DNA of 45,954 bases from assembly GCA_964481075.1 (NCBI GenBank), contig CAYZSD010000006.1:1-45954 (forward strand), given 5' to 3'. Both the position numbers and the translations under genes were made by a program. Below, piece after piece: positions 24,304 through 32,826 of this stretch. The DNA comes from an uncultured Rikenellaceae bacterium (GTDB taxonomy: Bacteria > Bacteroidota > Bacteroidia > Bacteroidales > Tenuifilaceae). Below the pieces are notes generated by a model. That model did no database searches, had not been told where the DNA came from, and saw only the letters and a program-made list of their open reading frames with translations. Numbering within the stretch: position 1 is the stretch's first letter; each line of letters starts with the position of its first letter.

Positions 24304-26232
24304 TTGGAAGGTATGATGAAGAGGGGTTGGGTTTTAATTAGCTTTGCAGCTATATTACAGTCATTTTGCCTATGTTTTTGCTGTTTTATTTCGTCCTTTG
24401 CCCAAGACACCGTTGGTTCATTAAAGAATTCAATTAATCCATGTGACTCGGCCTATGTGGTTGAACTTAAGCTGCTATGCTGGGAGAATAGAAATAAAGA
24501 TGTTGCTGTAGCATTACATTTCGGGAATTTGGCTCTTGGATTGGCTCAGAAATGTAAAATGCCCTACGAAGAAGCCGATATCCTTACCCGAATAGGTATT
24601 GTTAAGCGAAACCAAAGCAGATTTTCTGAGGCTCTTGAGTATTACATCAAGGCTCTCGAAATCTCAAAGAAACATGGTTTTTTAAAGCTTCAAGGGTATT
24701 GCTATAATAACATTGCCGATATATACAATAGGTTGGGTTTATACGATAAAGCCCTAGAGTATGCGAAGGTTGGACTTGAAACTCTCTGTCAGGTAGATGA
24801 GAAGAATGCCCTCGGTTACGTTTTCAACATAAAGGGTTTGATATACAAAAACATGGGCATACTCGACTCTGCTTACTCAGTGTTCTCAAAATCCTTAGCT
24901 ATACGAAAAGAGATAAACTTCCAAGAGGGAGTTGCAACATCCTTTTTGAATATTGGAAGCATTTATTTTCTTAAGGAAGAATACGACAGTAGTATTTACT
25001 ACTACCAAAAAGCGGTTGAAATTTACAGTTTGAAAAATGATCAATTTGGTTTGGCCAACGCATTTAGGCATTTAGGCTCATACTTCTTAATACAAAAAGA
25101 TTATCTTGGAGCAATCAACTATTTTGAACAATCCCTCGAATTCAATAAAGGTTTCGGTAACATAGAACTTCAGATGGAAGCCGCCGAAGGACTAAGAGAC
25201 TCTTACTATGCCCTTGGTCGGATAAGTAAAGCATACAACTTCCAGAAGCTTACCTCAAAACTAAAGGATAGTATTAATACAACCATTTTTATTGAACGTA
25301 TAACCCATCTTACCGAAAACTTTAAATATGAACTTAGAAGAAAGGAGGAGGAACAAATACAAAAGGAGAATGAGACTTTGCTTTCAAACAGGATACGTAA
25401 CCAGCAGATTCTTATAAGATTCTACATTTCAATCATTTTTCTGGTTATAATGCTTGCTGTTATCGGAGTCTACCTATATTATTTAAAAAATAGAAGTTAT
25501 CTGCTTCTTAACAGGCAAAAGCGAGAAATCGAAGAGTTGAACTCAACAAAAGATAAACTATTTTCACTCATTGGGCACGACCTTAAGAACCCTATCCATT
25601 CAATTATGGGGATATCGGAATTGCTTCGTGATCATTTCGAGACCTTTGACAAGAAACAAATGCTAGAATTAGTTTCATCAGTTTACGATGCTGGTAGAGC
25701 TACTCATGAAATTCTTGAGAACCTTCTTTCTTGGGCAAGAGCTCAAACCGATAAAATTCAGCTAAACATTGAAGAATTGTCTATAGATAAGCTGATAGAT
25801 CATGTTGTTTCAGGTGTCAGACCTGGCGCGAATAGAAAAGAGATACAGATATTCTGGCATTTAGATGCTGATTTTGTTGTTGAAGCTGATGCAAACATTG
25901 TGTCAACTACTCTAAGAAATCTTCTTTCTAATGCTGTAAAATACTCGAGAAGAAACAGTCAGATTGTAATTTCTGTTACCGACAGGAACAGCTTTTTAGA
26001 AATATCTGTTAAAGATGAGGGGGTTGGAATGTCTCCAGAAGTGAAAGAAAAATTATTCTCATCAATTAACATCAATCCAGGTTATGGCACCGAGAACGAA
26101 AAAGGTACAGGCTTGGGTTTGAGTATTTCAAAAGGGTTCATTACCAAGTTGGGAGGTGATATTTGGTTTGAAAGTGAACAAGACGTTGGAAGTACCTTCC
26201 ATTTCTCAATACCAAAAAGATTTACTAAATGA
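24304..26232 (+). CDS. TPR-repeat sensor histidine kinase (signal peptide/anchor - TPR - TM - HisKA - HATPase_c)
   Basis: N-terminal hydrophobic segment, TPR repeats and TM (FYISIIFLVIMLAVIGVYLYY). H-box LFSLIGHDLKNPIHSI, N-box LRNLLSNAVKYS, G-boxes VKDEGVGM and GTGLGLSISKG. No receiver domain and no adjacent response regulator. Confidence 0.85.
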   Translation: MEGMMKRGWVLISFAAILQSFCLCFCCFISSFAQDTVGSLKNSINPCDSAYVVELKLLCWENRNKDVAVALHFGNLALGLAQKCKMPYEEADILTRIGIVKRNQSRFSEALEYYIKALEISKKHGFLKLQGYCYNNIADIYNRLGLYDKALEYAKVGLETLCQVDEKNALGYVFNIKGLIYKNMGILDSAYSVFSKSLAIRKEINFQEGVATSFLNIGSIYFLKEEYDSSIYYYQKAVEIYSLKNDQFGLANAFRHLGSYFLIQKDYLGAINYFEQSLEFNKGFGNIELQMEAAEGLRDSYYALGRISKAYNFQKLTSKLKDSINTTIFIERITHLTENFKYELRRKEEEQIQKENETLLSNRIRNQQILIRFYISIIFLVIMLAVIGVYLYYLKNRSYLLLNRQKREIEELNSTKDKLFSLIGHDLKNPIHSIMGISELLRDHFETFDKKQMLELVSSVYDAGRATHEILENLLSWARAQTDKIQLNIEELSIDKLIDHVVSGVRPGANRKEIQIFWHLDADFVVEADANIVSTTLRNLLSNAVKYSRRNSQIVISVTDRNSFLEISVKDEGVGMSPEVKEKLFSSININPGYGTENEKGTGLGLSISKGFITKLGGDIWFESEQDVGSTFHFSIPKRFTK

Positions 26233-26246
26233 AAGTAAGGTGTGTT

Positions 26247-27068
26247 CTACTTTAACTCCAAAACAAAGCAATCGTTGTAAATCTTTGCTACTTCGCTTTT
26301 GAACTTATCTGCTTCAGCACGAGTGCTGAATTCACCAACCATAAGTCGGTAAACCTTCTCGTTGTTTATGGTTGCAACCTGAACCCTAACCTCTTTTTTC
26401 AGAGCGCCTTTTAGGTCATCGGCAATACGAAGAAGATTCACCAGCTCCTTGTAGCTTCCAATTTGAACAGTAAATCCTCCGGGCTTCTGTTTAGTTACCT
26501 TAATCTCATAAAGCTCGTAGTCGGAACTTATAGGTGTTGTAAATGAGGGAGTCTCGATGGGAATAGATTTTTCGGGTTCAATCTTTGGTGGTGTCGATTC
26601 AGGCTTAGCCTCCACTACAGGAGTTTGCTGTGGAATTGGCTTTTCTTCAGCTATCGGTTGTTTCTCCTCAATTTTTGGGGTTACAGCTATTGGCTGTGTT
26701 AGGCTTGTATCGTCACTAACAACCTCAATTCTAACATCGGCTAAACCTTGCTCAATGAACCCTAACTTTTCTGCAGCAGAGCGGCTGAGGTCGATGATTC
26801 TATTGGGCACAAAGGGCCCTCTGTCGTTAACCCTTACAACAATGGAGAGGTTGTTGGCAAGGTTGGTTACCCTTAAAATTGTACCGAAGGGGAGCGAGAG
26901 ATGAGCACAGGTACTTTTATTATGGCTATACCTTTCGCCTGATGCTGTTACTCTCCCCTCAAACTTATCGGCATAAAAAGCCGCTTTCCCTTCCTGAACG
27001 TATCCTCCTTGCGAGAACACGCTAAGGGTAAACAAGCAAAAAGTTTGTAGTAGTATTATTTTTCGCAT
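26247..27068 (-). CDS. rlpA: Septal ring lytic transglycosylase RlpA-family protein with C-terminal SPOR domain
   Basis: Signal peptide, then the DPBB/RlpA core GKAAFYADKFEGRVTASGERYSHNKSTCAHLSLPFGTILRVTNLANNLSIVVRVNDRGPF. A Pro/Glu-rich linker leads to a C-terminal SPOR-like domain (FTVQIGSYKELVNLLRIADDL...YRLMVGEFSTRAEADKF). Confidence 0.85.
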   Translation of the reverse strand: MRKIILLQTFCLFTLSVFSQGGYVQEGKAAFYADKFEGRVTASGERYSHNKSTCAHLSLPFGTILRVTNLANNLSIVVRVNDRGPFVPNRIIDLSRSAAEKLGFIEQGLADVRIEVVSDDTSLTQPIAVTPKIEEKQPIAEEKPIPQQTPVVEAKPESTPPKIEPEKSIPIETPSFTTPISSDYELYEIKVTKQKPGGFTVQIGSYKELVNLLRIADDLKGALKKEVRVQVATINNEKVYRLMVGEFSTRAEADKFKSEVAKIYNDCFVLELK

Positions 27069-27097
27069 TTTTTCGATAGTTTATATTGTATTAAACA

Positions 27098-27772
27098 TTA
27101 TATATCGTTGAAAGTTAATTTATTGCCATTATTGGAGAGCTTTGTGAGATTCACGAAATAGCTTAATGAAGCTCCCAGCATCCTGGCAGGCGATTGTGTT
27201 GGATTACCCTTAAAATTATGCTTGTAGATATCGCCAAAACCTAAGGTAAACCGTGCATCTAACTGCAAAACTCCAAAACGAGTTTCAAACCCAAAACCCA
27301 AACCCCCAGCTAATCCATAATCGAAACGATTATCCTTAAGGATATTGAAATCGTATTCTTCCTTAATAAAAAAGCCGTATGTGTTGTTACCCTGATAGGT
27401 GGAAATGAGGTATGAGCTATAACACCCAACGTTTAGATGAATAAAAAAGCCTTTGTTCTCAATCCTCACCTGCATGAAGATAGGAATTTCAAGGTAATTG
27501 TTTATCCTTTTGTATTCCGAGGTGTCGGTTAGTGGAAGTACATAGCCACGCTGCGAAAAGTTTGCTTCACCATGAAAACCAACATATTGTAAATCGTAAT
27601 ACTTAACACCTAATCCGTAGTCAATCTCTTGGTCTAAAAGTGGCAGTTGTTTAAGAGTAGGGCTAAAAGTAACCCACGATACGCTTTTACCTCCGTGTAC
27701 CCCCAAATAGAGTTGACCAAGGCAAACCATTTGGTTAAGAAAGAAAAGAAGAAGTAATAACCTTGATTTCAA
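27098..27772 (-). CDS. Outer-membrane beta-barrel (porin-family/OmpA-like barrel) protein
   Basis: Signal peptide, alternating amphipathic beta-strand pattern with aromatic girdle residues and a C-terminal Phe-containing end. Length 224 aa, typical of small OM beta-barrels in Bacteroidota. Confidence 0.6.
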   Translation of the reverse strand: MKSRLLLLLFFLNQMVCLGQLYLGVHGGKSVSWVTFSPTLKQLPLLDQEIDYGLGVKYYDLQYVGFHGEANFSQRGYVLPLTDTSEYKRINNYLEIPIFMQVRIENKGFFIHLNVGCYSSYLISTYQGNNTYGFFIKEEYDFNILKDNRFDYGLAGGLGFGFETRFGVLQLDARFTLGFGDIYKHNFKGNPTQSPARMLGASLSYFVNLTKLSNNGNKLTFNDI

Positions 27773-27784
27773 GAATATTAATGT

Positions 27785-29533
27785 TTATTTTTGATTTAGG
27801 TTGAAGCTTATATCATACTCCCAGTTTGCTCTAATATTGAGAACCGTGGGTTCACCCTTCTCGGTGTACATAATCACTCTTTCAGGTTGAATGCCCTTAA
27901 GGTACTTCCCTGTATCCCATTTGCCATTCTTGTTCTCATCAATTATAAACCTAACGGTGTACTTACCGGGCTTAACGTAGTTGAACTTAACGATGCCATC
28001 TTTGCTTGCGATTTTCTTGTCAACAAGAGCTTTTCTTTCTGTAAGTAGTTCAACAATAACATCAGGTGTAACACTTGTCAGATTTAGATTAATAACCCCA
28101 AAGAAATCGGGATTTATCCCGTTGAAAGTTGTTACAAGGGTATCGTTTCTTAGGCTATCGAGGTCAATAAATGCACCTGGGAGAGCGGTAAAACGATATC
28201 TGGCGTTATACTGCCATTCCTTTTTTACCTCGTAAAGCCTTGGATTTAAAGTGTCTAGTGTAAAGTTAACATCAGCAACTGGAATGCTATCAGTAATATT
28301 AGTTATACTAATTAGTTCAGGGTTTATTTCACGTAATGGAAGATCGAATATGAGTTTGAAGGATTCGTGTGGTAAAATGTTGCCATTATTCAATGGAGAA
28401 AAACGTGCAGAAATGGTTTTCTCAACCTCCTCCTCATCGGAGTCTCGCCTTCTTAACCATGAGGTTTGTTTCTCCTTTTCGAAGTAGAAAAGCCTAAGTG
28501 TATCAATCGATTCAACAAGATTTAGGAGTGAGTCGGTCTTGAGGTAACGCATTTCTACCTGAAGTGAATCAATGAAATTAACATAATCGTCGGAGATCCA
28601 GAAAACTAGCGAGTCACCAGTCTGATTTTTCTCTCGTATAAACCAATCATTTGGTGGAGGTAAAGAAGTATTAATGGGCATAATTGAAATTTCTCCCTCT
28701 GGCTTTCTGGTGAAGCCGAGTTGGATTTTTCTTCGACTTTTTCTTGAGAAATCGGTAAGATTTACTGCTAGGTTTTCTTCAGCGAATAGCCTGAGAACAA
28801 TAACGTTATCTTTAAATGAAACAGTAGAATCGGTTGGCCAATAGAGCATATTGCTAAGGATTGTATCAGGATGGAATGCAATTTCTTCGCTAACCTGATC
28901 GAAAAGGTAATTGGAGTTGCCATCCTTCAGGGCAAATAGCTTGTAATCGCCTTCTTTAATGTTGCTTAGAGTAAAGTTCCCTTGTCTATTGGTTTTTGTT
29001 ACATATAATGGTCTATCTTTAATGGGAACAGAGTCGCGTATGTCGGAATAAAGCATCACAAGAATTCCATTTTGAGGTTCGAGTTTGAATGCATCAATGA
29101 TTCTTCCATGAAATTTTAATGAATCAATTACATCACCTGTTGAGAAGGCAAACTCGAAGTTAGGAATTGGATTTCCCTCGTTGAGATCGGAAATTGCGTC
29201 AGAAAAGTAAATGGTATATGTGGTATTCTCGTTAAGCGGCTCAAAAAAAGTGAGCTCAAGACTCTTTCCCTTCACCTTGAAGCTTGGAAGTTGCTCTTGG
29301 GGGGGAGAAAGAACCAACTTTTGGTTGATCTCCTTAAGCTGAAAATACTCATCAAAGGTTAGTACAATTTTCTTCTTGTAGAAATTTGTGGAGTTGATAG
29401 GAGGTATGCTCCTTATCATCTTTGGTGCAATAGTGTCCTTCAAACCACCAGTAGGAGGTACAATTATTGCGCACCTGGGAATTACCAGAATTATTACAAC
29501 CAGCAGCAGAATATAATAGAAAAACCACCTCAA
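27785..29533 (-). CDS. Ig-like (Big/SbsA-type) domain-containing envelope protein
   Basis: N-terminal TM/signal (FFYYILLLVVIILVI), then DTIAPKMIRSIPP, a motif typical of bacterial Ig-like (SbsA_Ig/Big_5) domains. The remainder is beta-rich. It lies first in a same-strand string with the OM barrel and rlpA. Confidence 0.5.
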   Translation of the reverse strand: MRWFFYYILLLVVIILVIPRCAIIVPPTGGLKDTIAPKMIRSIPPINSTNFYKKKIVLTFDEYFQLKEINQKLVLSPPQEQLPSFKVKGKSLELTFFEPLNENTTYTIYFSDAISDLNEGNPIPNFEFAFSTGDVIDSLKFHGRIIDAFKLEPQNGILVMLYSDIRDSVPIKDRPLYVTKTNRQGNFTLSNIKEGDYKLFALKDGNSNYLFDQVSEEIAFHPDTILSNMLYWPTDSTVSFKDNVIVLRLFAEENLAVNLTDFSRKSRRKIQLGFTRKPEGEISIMPINTSLPPPNDWFIREKNQTGDSLVFWISDDYVNFIDSLQVEMRYLKTDSLLNLVESIDTLRLFYFEKEKQTSWLRRRDSDEEEVEKTISARFSPLNNGNILPHESFKLIFDLPLREINPELISITNITDSIPVADVNFTLDTLNPRLYEVKKEWQYNARYRFTALPGAFIDLDSLRNDTLVTTFNGINPDFFGVINLNLTSVTPDVIVELLTERKALVDKKIASKDGIVKFNYVKPGKYTVRFIIDENKNGKWDTGKYLKGIQPERVIMYTEKGEPTVLNIRANWEYDISFNLNQK

Positions 29534-29690
29534 GATTACAAAGTATCAAGTTATGCAGCAAAATTACAAATCTTTGCGAGACTTTTCGAGTCAATTGTTT
29601 TTTTCAATTTTTTTGGCTTAAATAATTATCCAGTTTTTGTGCTAAAACGTGATATTATTTCATAACTTCACACGATTAAATCAATAGCTT

Positions 29691-30287
29691 ATGGTACTGT
29701 TAAGTATTAATGAATGGTGGGAAGGTCTTTCCACTTTTGCAATGATTTACTGGATAATAACCCTCCCTGCATCCCTTGTGTTTGTTCTTCAACTTATTTT
29801 GACATTCGTTGGTGCAGATGCCGATCACGATGGGCTTGATGCGATTGGCGATGCCGATTTAAGTGTTGAGTCTGATGCTGGAATAGGCTTTCAGTTTATT
29901 AGCATAAAGAATTTCGTCGCTTTTTTTACTGTTTTTGGTTGGTCTGGATTGGCCTGTATTTACGGTGAACTGCCAGTATTTACAACATTACTAGTTTCAA
30001 CCGCATCGGGATTACTCATGATGGTTTTAATGGCTTCAATTTACTACTTTATGGGTAAGCTCACTGAGTCGGGAACGCTTACAATGGACAAAGCCATTGG
30101 GAAAACCGCATCAGTTTACCTGTTCATCCCTCCTCGCAGGAAGGCACTAGGAAAAGTTCAAATTCAACTTCAAGGCTATCGAACTCTCGATGCCATGACC
30201 GATGAGGAAGAGCAGATTCCAACAGGTTCTATTGTTCAGGTTGTTGGCGTTATTAATAATGATATTCTACTTGTTAAGAAATTGTAG
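29691..30287 (+). CDS. NfeD-family (YuaF-like) membrane protein, flotillin partner
   Basis: Three N-terminal TM helices followed by a C-terminal beta-rich OB-fold-like segment (KVQIQLQGYRTLDAMTDEEEQIPTGSIVQVVGVINNDILLVKKL). It sits immediately upstream of a flotillin gene, matching the yuaF-floT arrangement. Confidence 0.7.
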   Translation: MVLLSINEWWEGLSTFAMIYWIITLPASLVFVLQLILTFVGADADHDGLDAIGDADLSVESDAGIGFQFISIKNFVAFFTVFGWSGLACIYGELPVFTTLLVSTASGLLMMVLMASIYYFMGKLTESGTLTMDKAIGKTASVYLFIPPRRKALGKVQIQLQGYRTLDAMTDEEEQIPTGSIVQVVGVINNDILLVKKL

Positions 30288-30365
30288 AGTACACTATACC
30301 TATTACTTTTACAACATTTCATTACTTTAACCTTGTTCACTTTAACCTTGTAATACTATACTGAT

Positions 30366-31790
30366 ATGGGCGAATACATCCTTTTAGGCATAATGGCCGT
30401 TGTAATCTTCACGTTTATCCTCATTGTTTCCCTGGTGAAACGATACAAAAGATGCCCTTCCGACAGGGTTCTGGTTGTATTTGGAAAAGTAGGGAAAGGC
30501 ACTTCCGATGAGGCACGATCAGCAAAGTGTATCCATGGTGGTGCGGCTTTCATTTGGCCAATCATTCAAGATTATGCTTTTCTTAACCTCACACCAATCT
30601 CAATCGAGATTAACCTTACAAATGCTCTGAGCCAGCAGAATATTCGTGTTGATGTTCCTTCACGTTTCACCGTTGGTATATCTACCGAGCCTGGCATTAT
30701 GGACAATGCTGCAGAACGTTTACTTGGATTAGCACAGGACGATATAAGCAATCTGGCAAAGGACATTATTTTTGGTCAGCTTCGTTTGGTTGTTGCTACC
30801 ATGGAGATAGAAGAGATTAACAATAACCGTGACAAATTTCTTGCTGCCGTTTCGGCAAACGTTGAGGCTGAGCTGAAAAAGATAGGCTTGAAGCTTATTA
30901 ACGTAAACGTTACCGACATAAACGATGAGTCGGGTTACATAGAGGCCCTTGGAAAAGAGGCTGCTGCAAAAGCTATTAACGATGCAAAGAAGAGTGTTGC
31001 AGAAAAGAATCGCGACGGTTCCATAGGTGAGGCAAATGCTCTTCGCGATCAACGCGTTCAGGTTTCTCAAGCCGATGCAACAGCGGTGGAGGGCGAGAAC
31101 CAGGCAAAGATAACCATTGCCAACTCCAATGCAACCCGTAGGGAGAATGAAGCAGAAGCAGAGAGAAAGGCTGTTGCTGCCGAAAAGGTTAGCCATGCTA
31201 AGGCAATGGAAGAAGCCTATGCTGCTGAGATGAAAGCAGAAACTGCACGTGCCGAAAGGGAAATGGCAACTCAAAAGGCTGATATTGTGGTGCCAGCGCA
31301 AATCAACAAGGAAAAAATAGAGATTGATGCCGAAGCCCTCGCCGAAAGAACGAGAAGGGAGGCTCGTGGTGAAGCTGATGCTATCTTCATGAAGATGGAA
31401 GCCGAAGCAAAGGGTATCCTTGAAATTCTTACTAAGCAAGCCGAGGGTTTTGAGCAGCTTAGCAAAGCCGCTGGTAATTCCCGCGATGCGGTCATGATGA
31501 TGATTGCAGATAAATTACCCGAACTCGTAAAAACTCAGGTTGAGGCAATTAAGAACCTTAAAATTGATAAGGTAACCGTTTGGGATAGCATGTCGGCAGG
31601 CAAGGACGGCAAAAGTCCTTCAACAGCAAATTTCCTTTCAGGAATGCTAGGTGCAATCCCACCTTTCGAGGAACTTTTTAAGATGGCTGGAATGGAATTG
31701 CCAAATTACCTCAAAGGGAATAGAATAGAAAAAGAAAAACCTGACGGGAAAGTAGAGAACAATATTGAGGATGTTGAACCAATCAAGTAA
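30366..31790 (+). CDS. Flotillin-like SPFH/Band-7 domain protein (FloT/YqiK family)
   Basis: N-terminal TM (ILLGIMAVVIFTFILIVSLV), SPFH domain, then a long Ala/Glu-rich coiled-coil 'flotillin' region (ENEAEAERKAVAAEKVSHAKAMEEAYAAEMKAETARAEREMATQKADI). Length 474 aa. Confidence 0.85.
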   Translation: MGEYILLGIMAVVIFTFILIVSLVKRYKRCPSDRVLVVFGKVGKGTSDEARSAKCIHGGAAFIWPIIQDYAFLNLTPISIEINLTNALSQQNIRVDVPSRFTVGISTEPGIMDNAAERLLGLAQDDISNLAKDIIFGQLRLVVATMEIEEINNNRDKFLAAVSANVEAELKKIGLKLINVNVTDINDESGYIEALGKEAAAKAINDAKKSVAEKNRDGSIGEANALRDQRVQVSQADATAVEGENQAKITIANSNATRRENEAEAERKAVAAEKVSHAKAMEEAYAAEMKAETARAEREMATQKADIVVPAQINKEKIEIDAEALAERTRREARGEADAIFMKMEAEAKGILEILTKQAEGFEQLSKAAGNSRDAVMMMIADKLPELVKTQVEAIKNLKIDKVTVWDSMSAGKDGKSPSTANFLSGMLGAIPPFEELFKMAGMELPNYLKGNRIEKEKPDGKVENNIEDVEPIK

Positions 31791-31800
31791 TTCAGGGTTT

Positions 31801-32061
31801 TCATTTTTTGCAGCAGCTCTTAAACCTTGGAACAGACGCATCATTTTTTAAGGGAAGGTATAGTAGTTCAAAGTAAGGTTCTGCAGTATCGCAAACTTTG
31901 AATCCTTGCATTGAAAAGAACTTCTTGTCAGAGAGAAAGGGTTGCTTTTTTGCTTCATAGCCCTCAACGCATTTCGTATCGGCAAAACCGCAACAGATAT
32001 GCTCGGTGGCAATGTTTTGTTTGGTTAGTGTGATGATCTTTGGTGTTTGCATATTGAACAC
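31801..32061 (-). CDS. Small Cys-rich hypothetical protein
   Basis: 86-aa ORF with a C-C-x-C-x-C-C arrangement of cysteines (ICCGF...KCVEG...KVCD...SCCKK) and no confident family assignment. It is convergent with the flotillin gene (11 nt gap) and co-directional with the downstream GyrI-like gene. Confidence 0.35.
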   Translation of the reverse strand: MFNMQTPKIITLTKQNIATEHICCGFADTKCVEGYEAKKQPFLSDKKFFSMQGFKVCDTAEPYFELLYLPLKNDASVPRFKSCCKK

Positions 32062-32106
32062 AGTCCCGAAGTATCGGGAACGCAGATTAGACGGATTTTA
32101 GCAGAT

Positions 32107-32730
32107 TTATTCTATTCTAAACCTCAATACAGTTTTCAATTTTTCAACTGCCACCTTACGAAAATCGGACATGTAAATCTCGCGGTGAGTTTTGCATAAC
32201 CGTTTGTAACCCTGTTCGGTGGCAAACTTTTCCATTTGCCTGAAGCTTTCGGGTTCGCTATCGTAGCTGCCGATATGGAGCATCTGAATGCACTTGCCGT
32301 CCTCAATCTCCTCAAACTTCGCTTTATTTAGGAGTTGATGGGGTTTCTTCGTTTTCACCCTTTCAATGGTTTCTAAAGCGTACTCTCTGGTTACGAAATT
32401 GGGTTGGCGGATCATCAGGTTGAATTTTAGATTATCCTTATCGAGCGGCGCACCTTCGACCCACTTCGAATGGTCGGCAATATCCCAAACACCTTCCAGG
32501 GGGAAAACGGTGTATTCGTAAAACCCTTCCGGTGCAAGGTTCTGGTTTGGGCTCATGCGGATGGCGTAAGCCAAAGAGTAAAGTACTCCAATGTATTCAC
32601 CAAAAGAGGGATCATTTGGATTGCCCTGCCCCTCGATGGTGAAGAACTTGAATTTTGGTACTTCAGTTACCTCGGGCTTTGCCTTTGGTAGGTAGAATCG
32701 TTTGTCGTTCTTTTTCCAGTCGAGTTTCAT
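32107..32730 (-). CDS. GyrI-like small-molecule-binding domain protein
   Basis: KFKFFTIEGQGNPNDPSFGEYIGVLYSLAYAIRMS...FPLEGVWDIAD matches the GyrI-like/AraC-effector-binding fold family (about 200 aa; a YxxPK..E..P..Y..G.G.P core). Confidence 0.75.
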   Translation of the reverse strand: MKLDWKKNDKRFYLPKAKPEVTEVPKFKFFTIEGQGNPNDPSFGEYIGVLYSLAYAIRMSPNQNLAPEGFYEYTVFPLEGVWDIADHSKWVEGAPLDKDNLKFNLMIRQPNFVTREYALETIERVKTKKPHQLLNKAKFEEIEDGKCIQMLHIGSYDSEPESFRQMEKFATEQGYKRLCKTHREIYMSDFRKVAVEKLKTVLRFRIE

Positions 32731-32757
32731 TTTTATAGTTTTTTGAGGTAGTCCACA

Positions 32758-32810
32758 GGTGCGACAACACTTCGACCCCGAGGCATCGGGGCCCAGTGTC
32801 CAGTCGCACC
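32758..32810 (-). other. GC-rich nested imperfect hairpin (about 19 bp paired over 53 nt) between the AraC-GyrI regulator gene and the GyrI-like gene
   Basis: GGTGCGAC-a-ACACT-tcga-CCCCGA-ggca-TCGGGG-ccc-AGTGT-cca-GTCGCACC. Three stacked stems are formed by exact reverse complements (GGTGCGAC/GTCGCACC, ACACT/AGTGT, CCCCGA/TCGGGG). Local GC is above 60% in an otherwise roughly 38% GC intergenic region. No U-tract follows on either strand. Confidence 0.5.
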
Positions 32811-32826
32811 CAGACTGATTAAAGGT

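Noticed and set aside
30729-31439. 236-aa ORF on the minus strand inside the flotillin gene
   Set aside because: It lies entirely antisense to a well-supported SPFH/flotillin CDS and is low-complexity and Cys/Leu/Phe-rich. This is typical of a shadow ORF opposite an Ala/Glu-rich (GCN/GAR) coding region.
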